Source: Podospora anserina (taxonomy: Eukaryota). From it: 64,000 bases of DNA. Within the stretch, counting starts at the first letter, position 1; each line of letters starts with the position of its first letter. A program made the position numbers and the translations under genes. Where the stretch lies: positions 3,782,001-3,846,000 of the forward strand of contig CM030336.1 of the NCBI GenBank assembly GCA_017654855.1. Reading direction: 5' to 3'. Below are positions 59,822 through 64,000 of this stretch, one piece after another. The notes below the pieces were generated by a model, which had not been told where the DNA came from, did no database searches, and was given only the letters and a program-made list of their open reading frames with translations.

Positions 59822-62800
59822 ATGGCCGAGTTCGGCATGTACCACGCCCTGGGTCAGGGGGAGAACATCGATCCCAACGATCCCCATCGTCGAACCCAAC
59901 CAGCCGCTCCTCAGTTCCAACCACCAGTTGCCCCGAACCCCTACCAGCCCCAGGCCTCCTCCCCATATGGTGCGCCAACACCTCCGGCACAGCAGCCGTA
60001 CTACGGCACCCCTTCCCCAGCCGGTGTTCCCCCTCCGCCTCAGCTTCCGGGATATGGAGCTCCCCCAGCAGGAGAGCCAGGTCATTTCCAGGGTCAGCAA
60101 TCTCCTGCCGATGATGGTGGTTTGGCCGCTCAGATGGGAGGAATGAGCCTGGGTCCTGATGCGGGTCACGGTGCGGCGAGGAGGAAGAAGAAGGACCGCC
60201 ATGCCTACCATCAGGTCGAGGCCGTGGGATCATCACAGCCCTTCAATGGCATTCCTCCAGCTGGAACACCTGCTACAGCCTTTCTCAACGCCGAGCCCTC
60301 GGCTGCCGGTGCTCGCTATGGTGGCTCTCAGTTCCCAGCGCCGGTAAGCCCAGGCTTCAACCCTGTTCCGGCTTCACCCGCCGAGTTTGCGGCGAGGGGT
60401 GGCGGCTTTGGTGATGCCACTGCCTCCGCCACCATGGTTTCTAGCGGGGGCCAGGACAGAGTATCTCCTGACGAGATGCCAAGTGTGCCCCTTTCCCGGG
60501 ACTCGGTCCAGCAATACTTCCTCACCAACGTCTATCCTACCTTTGAGCGCCTGGTTCCCCCTCCCGCCACCACCTCCTTCGTCGCCTTTGACCAAGGAAA
60601 CTCATCCCCCAAGTTTGCCCGTCTGAGTTTGACCAACATTCCCGCCACGGCCGAAGGACTGAAGAGCACAGCACTGCCCCTGGGTCTTGTGTTGCAGCCT
60701 CTTGCCCCTCTCCAAGCCGGCGAGCTGCCGATTCCCGTCTTGGACTTTGGTGATGCCGGCCCGCCCCGCTGCCACAGATGCCGTGCTTACATCAACCCCT
60801 TCATGATCTTCCGCTCCGGCGGCAACAAGTTTGTGTGCAACCTGTGCAACTATGCCAACGACACCCCTCCCGAATACTTCTGTGCCACCAGCCCCCAGGG
60901 TGTTCGCGTGGACCGCGACCAGCGCCCAGAGCTTATGCGGGGCACCGTGGAGTTTGTGGTGCCCAAGGAGTATTGGACCAGGGAGCCAGTTGGTCTCCGT
61001 TACGTTTTCGTCATTGACGTCACCCAGGAATCTTTCAACAAGGGCTACTTGGAGGCCTTTTGCGAGGGCATTCTCCGTGCTCTGTATGCTCCCGAGGATG
61101 ACGAGGAGAAGGATGAGAATGGAGAGGTGAAGAGGAGGATACCGGCGGGCGCCAAGGTTGGCTTCGTGACTTACGACAAGGAGGTTCACTTTTACAATGT
61201 GAGCCCGTCGTTGGAGCAGGCTCAGATGATGATTATGCCGGACATTGAGGATCCTTTTGTTCCGCTCAGCGAGGGCTTGTTTGTGGATCCTTATGAGTCC
61301 AAGACGGTCATCACGTCTCTTTTGACGAGGCTGCCGCAGATGTTTTCGGACATCAAGAACCCGGAGCCGGCGTTGCTTTCTACCCTGAACGCGGTTGTGG
61401 GTGCGCTGGAAAAGACTGGTGGCAAGATTTTCTGCTCGTTGGCTGCGCTGCCTACTTGGGGTCCTGGACGTTTGTTCATGAGGGATGATGGAAAGCATCC
61501 TAATGGTGAGCCGGACAAGAAGTTGTTTAGCACGGAGCACCCGGCCTGGAGGAAATTGGCCGAGAAGCTGGTTTCTATTGGTGCTGGTGTTGACTTTTTT
61601 ATGGCGTCGCCTTCCGGGGGTTATCTTGATATTGCCACTGTTGGTAAGTATTACCTTTGTTTGCTTATCGAAATGACCCGCTGACATGGAACTAGGCTAT
61701 GTGTCTGCCACCACTGGCGGCGAGACCTTCTTCTACCCCAACTTCATTGCTGGAAGGGACAACACCAAGCTTTCCCTTGAGATCAAGCACGCCGTAACCC
61801 GTGAGACGGGCTACCAGGCCCTCATGAAGGTCAGGTGCTCCAATGGCCTTCAGGTATCGGCCTATCATGGCAACTTCATCCAGCACACATTTGGCGCCGA
61901 CCTGGAGATCGGTGTGATTGATGCCGACAAAGCCCTTGGTGTCACCTTTGGCTACGACGGCAAGCTCGACTCCAAACTGGACGCCCACTTCCAGGCTGCC
62001 CTTCTTTACACCACCGCCTCCGGCCAGCGCAGAGTCCGCTGCTTGAACGTCATCGCTGGTGTTAGCGAACAGGCGAGAGAGAGCATCAAGTTTATTGACC
62101 AGGATGCTGTCTACACTATTCTTGCAAAGGAAGCCTCCACCAAGCTTGCTACTACTAGCAGTAGTCTGAAGGACGTCCGGGCGGGTCTTACGGAGAAGAC
62201 GATTGATGTCTTGGCCATGTACCGCAAGAATTTTCTGGCTCAGGCGCATCCACCCGGACAGCTGGTTATGCCGGAGAGGTTGAAGGAGTTTGCGATGTAC
62301 ATGCTTGGCATGATCAAATCCCGTGCTTTCAAGGGCGGTAATGAAACATCTGACCGGAGGGTGCACGAGATGAGGATGATTCGCTCCATGGGCTGCCTGG
62401 AACTGTCTCTCTACCTCTACCCGAGGATGATACCCATTCACAACCTCGCTCCCGAAGATGGCTTCCCCGACCCCGCCACCGGACACCTCAAGATGCCCCC
62501 TTCCACCCGCACCACCTTCTCCCGTGTCGAACCCGGGGGTGTGTACATTGTGGACAATGGCCAGCAGCTCCTCATCTGGTTCCACGCCCAGACGAGCCCG
62601 AACCTGATTGAGGACTTGTTTGGGCCTGGAATGGACGAGCTGAGGAAGCTGGACGCGTACACGAGCCAGCTGCCGGTGTTGGAGACGCACTTGAATGCGC
62701 AGGTGAGGAATATTTTGGAGTGGTTGAGGGGGATGAGGGGAAGCAAGGGGTTGACGGTGCAGCTGGCGAGGCAGGGGTTGGACGGGGCCGAGTACGAGTT

Positions 62801-63078
62801 TGCGAGGTTGCTGGTGGAGGATAGGAACAATGAGGCGCAGGGTTATGTGGATTGGTTGGTGGCGGTGCACAGGGGGGTGCAGCTTGAGGTGAGTAAGGGG
62901 ACAAGGTTGAAGTGATCATGTCAGTGTGATTTGACAGGGTTGTGACGTGAGGGGGGGGGGGATGTGTGTGCTGACGAAAAGTGATTTATAGTTGACCGGT
63001 CAGAGGAAGAGGGAGGATAAGGATGGGGATGGGGGGGTTATGGGTGGTTTTACGGGGTTGAGGGCGGGGTATTGGTAG
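59822..63078 (+). CDS. SFB3: COPII Sec24-family cargo adaptor (Sfb3/SEC24C-D type); exons 59822-61643, 61696-62888, 62992-63078
   Basis: DQGNSSPKFAR, zinc finger RCHRCRAYINP...CNLC, RPELMRGTVEF, trunk, helical and gelsolin regions, LLVEDR; introns 61644-61695 and 62889-62991. Confidence 0.9.
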
Positions 63079-63541
63079 GACCGAGGACTTGGGGGAAGGG
63101 TTGAGGAGATGATGGGGAGTTGAGATGGTGGAAAGGGGGGTGAGTTTGTTGGAAGTAGATACCATAAAATGGAATTTGTGTCATGTTTTTTTTTTGCTCG
63201 ATCTCTGGCATTCAATGACAATTGGGAGCGTGGTTGGTGATATCGGGTTACTTACTGGCTGCGGCTCTATGTAATCCACAGGGTGAGGTGAGTATATGGA
63301 GTTGGCTTAGGCATGACTAAACTGAACCGGAACCGAACTATAACTAGTTACACAGGTTTATAATGTCATAAGCTTGAGTGGGTTATTTAGCTTGGGTGGG
63401 TTATTTCAATGACAATCTTTCGAGTCGTGTATACTGCAAGGGAGGGTATTGTTTATTAAAATTTCCAAACTCCAAATGATGCACACCTTTACCCTCCCTT
63501 CCATATACCACCCTCAAATTATGTCCAGCCAGTCAAACTAC

Positions 63542-64000
63542 CTACCTCATCTCAATCCTCTCCACCAAATCCCCCCCCAACCTCGCCATCTCCCCCACCA
63601 TCGCCTCCTTATTCATCTCCACCTCCACCTTGTCCTCCCCATCCCCCTCCTGCTGCTGCCTCCCCGGCCTATAACTAGCCAACATTCCCCCCTTCAATAC
63701 CCTCCTCTCCATCCCCGGATTCCAAATCGCCCCCACAACATTATCCCCCTCCCCACCCCAAAAAAACACCAACGGGCCCCCAAATACCTTCCCAAACTGC
63801 TCCAGCAAGACCTCCGCCGGGTGCGCCACTAAAGGGAGTAAATCCTCCCCAGTAACAACATCCAAATTCTTAAACTTACTCCCCCTCCCCTCCCCCACCT
63901 CCTCAGCAGGATCAACATTCTCATACGTCCTCATCGCATTCTTCAACGCTTTAGGATCAAGATGAATAAGCACGTCATACTCCTTAAGCGAAGGGACAAA
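63542..64000 (-). CDS. UTP22: U3 snoRNP-associated Nrap protein, C-terminal end (partial)
   Basis: FVPSLKEYDVLIHL...VVGAIWNP...NKEAMVGEMARLGGDLVERIE matches the Nrap/Utp22 C-terminus. Confidence 0.8.
   Translation of the reverse strand, partial: FVPSLKEYDVLIHLDPKALKNAMRTYENVDPAEEVGEGRGSKFKNLDVVTGEDLLPLVAHPAEVLLEQFGKVFGGPLVFFWGGEGDNVVGAIWNPGMERRVLKGGMLASYRPGRQQQEGDGEDKVEVEMNKEAMVGEMARLGGDLVERIEMR

Noticed and set aside
60602..62870. Long antisense ORFs opposite SFB3 (similar ones opposite SMC4, HPC2 and H1)
   Set aside because: Shadow frames produced by the codon bias of the real genes.

Overview
Eukaryotic DNA from a filamentous ascomycete. Short GT-AG introns with CTRAC branch sites, a dispersed 5S gene and C-rich to G-rich codon gradients suggest Sordariales, Podospora-like (inference). 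Most of the window is housekeeping: a DHA1-type MFS transporter (partial), HPC2, RBA50, a Pro-rich protein, histone H1, an ELYS-like protein, SMC4, 5S rRNA, a Pac2/WOPR transcription factor with about 11.5 kb of gene-free upstream DNA, mitochondrial Asn-tRNA synthetase, a DUF2263/PARG-like macrodomain gene, CFT2, SFB3/SEC24 and UTP22 (partial). An accessory island at about 17.3-23.5 kb is the most interesting part. It holds (i) an intact gene joining a HeLo-like N-terminus to a domain resembling the Leashin/Lah C-terminus, (ii) a densely base-paired ~200-nt element with Pol III-like signals, and (iii) a decayed head-to-head pair of apparently paralogous PD-(D/E)xK-like genes, one with and one without the catalytic motif, a candidate toxin-antidote or selfish cassette. 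A second patch of decayed genes lies at 31-34.5 kb. All family assignments come from motif recognition by eye; no searches were run.
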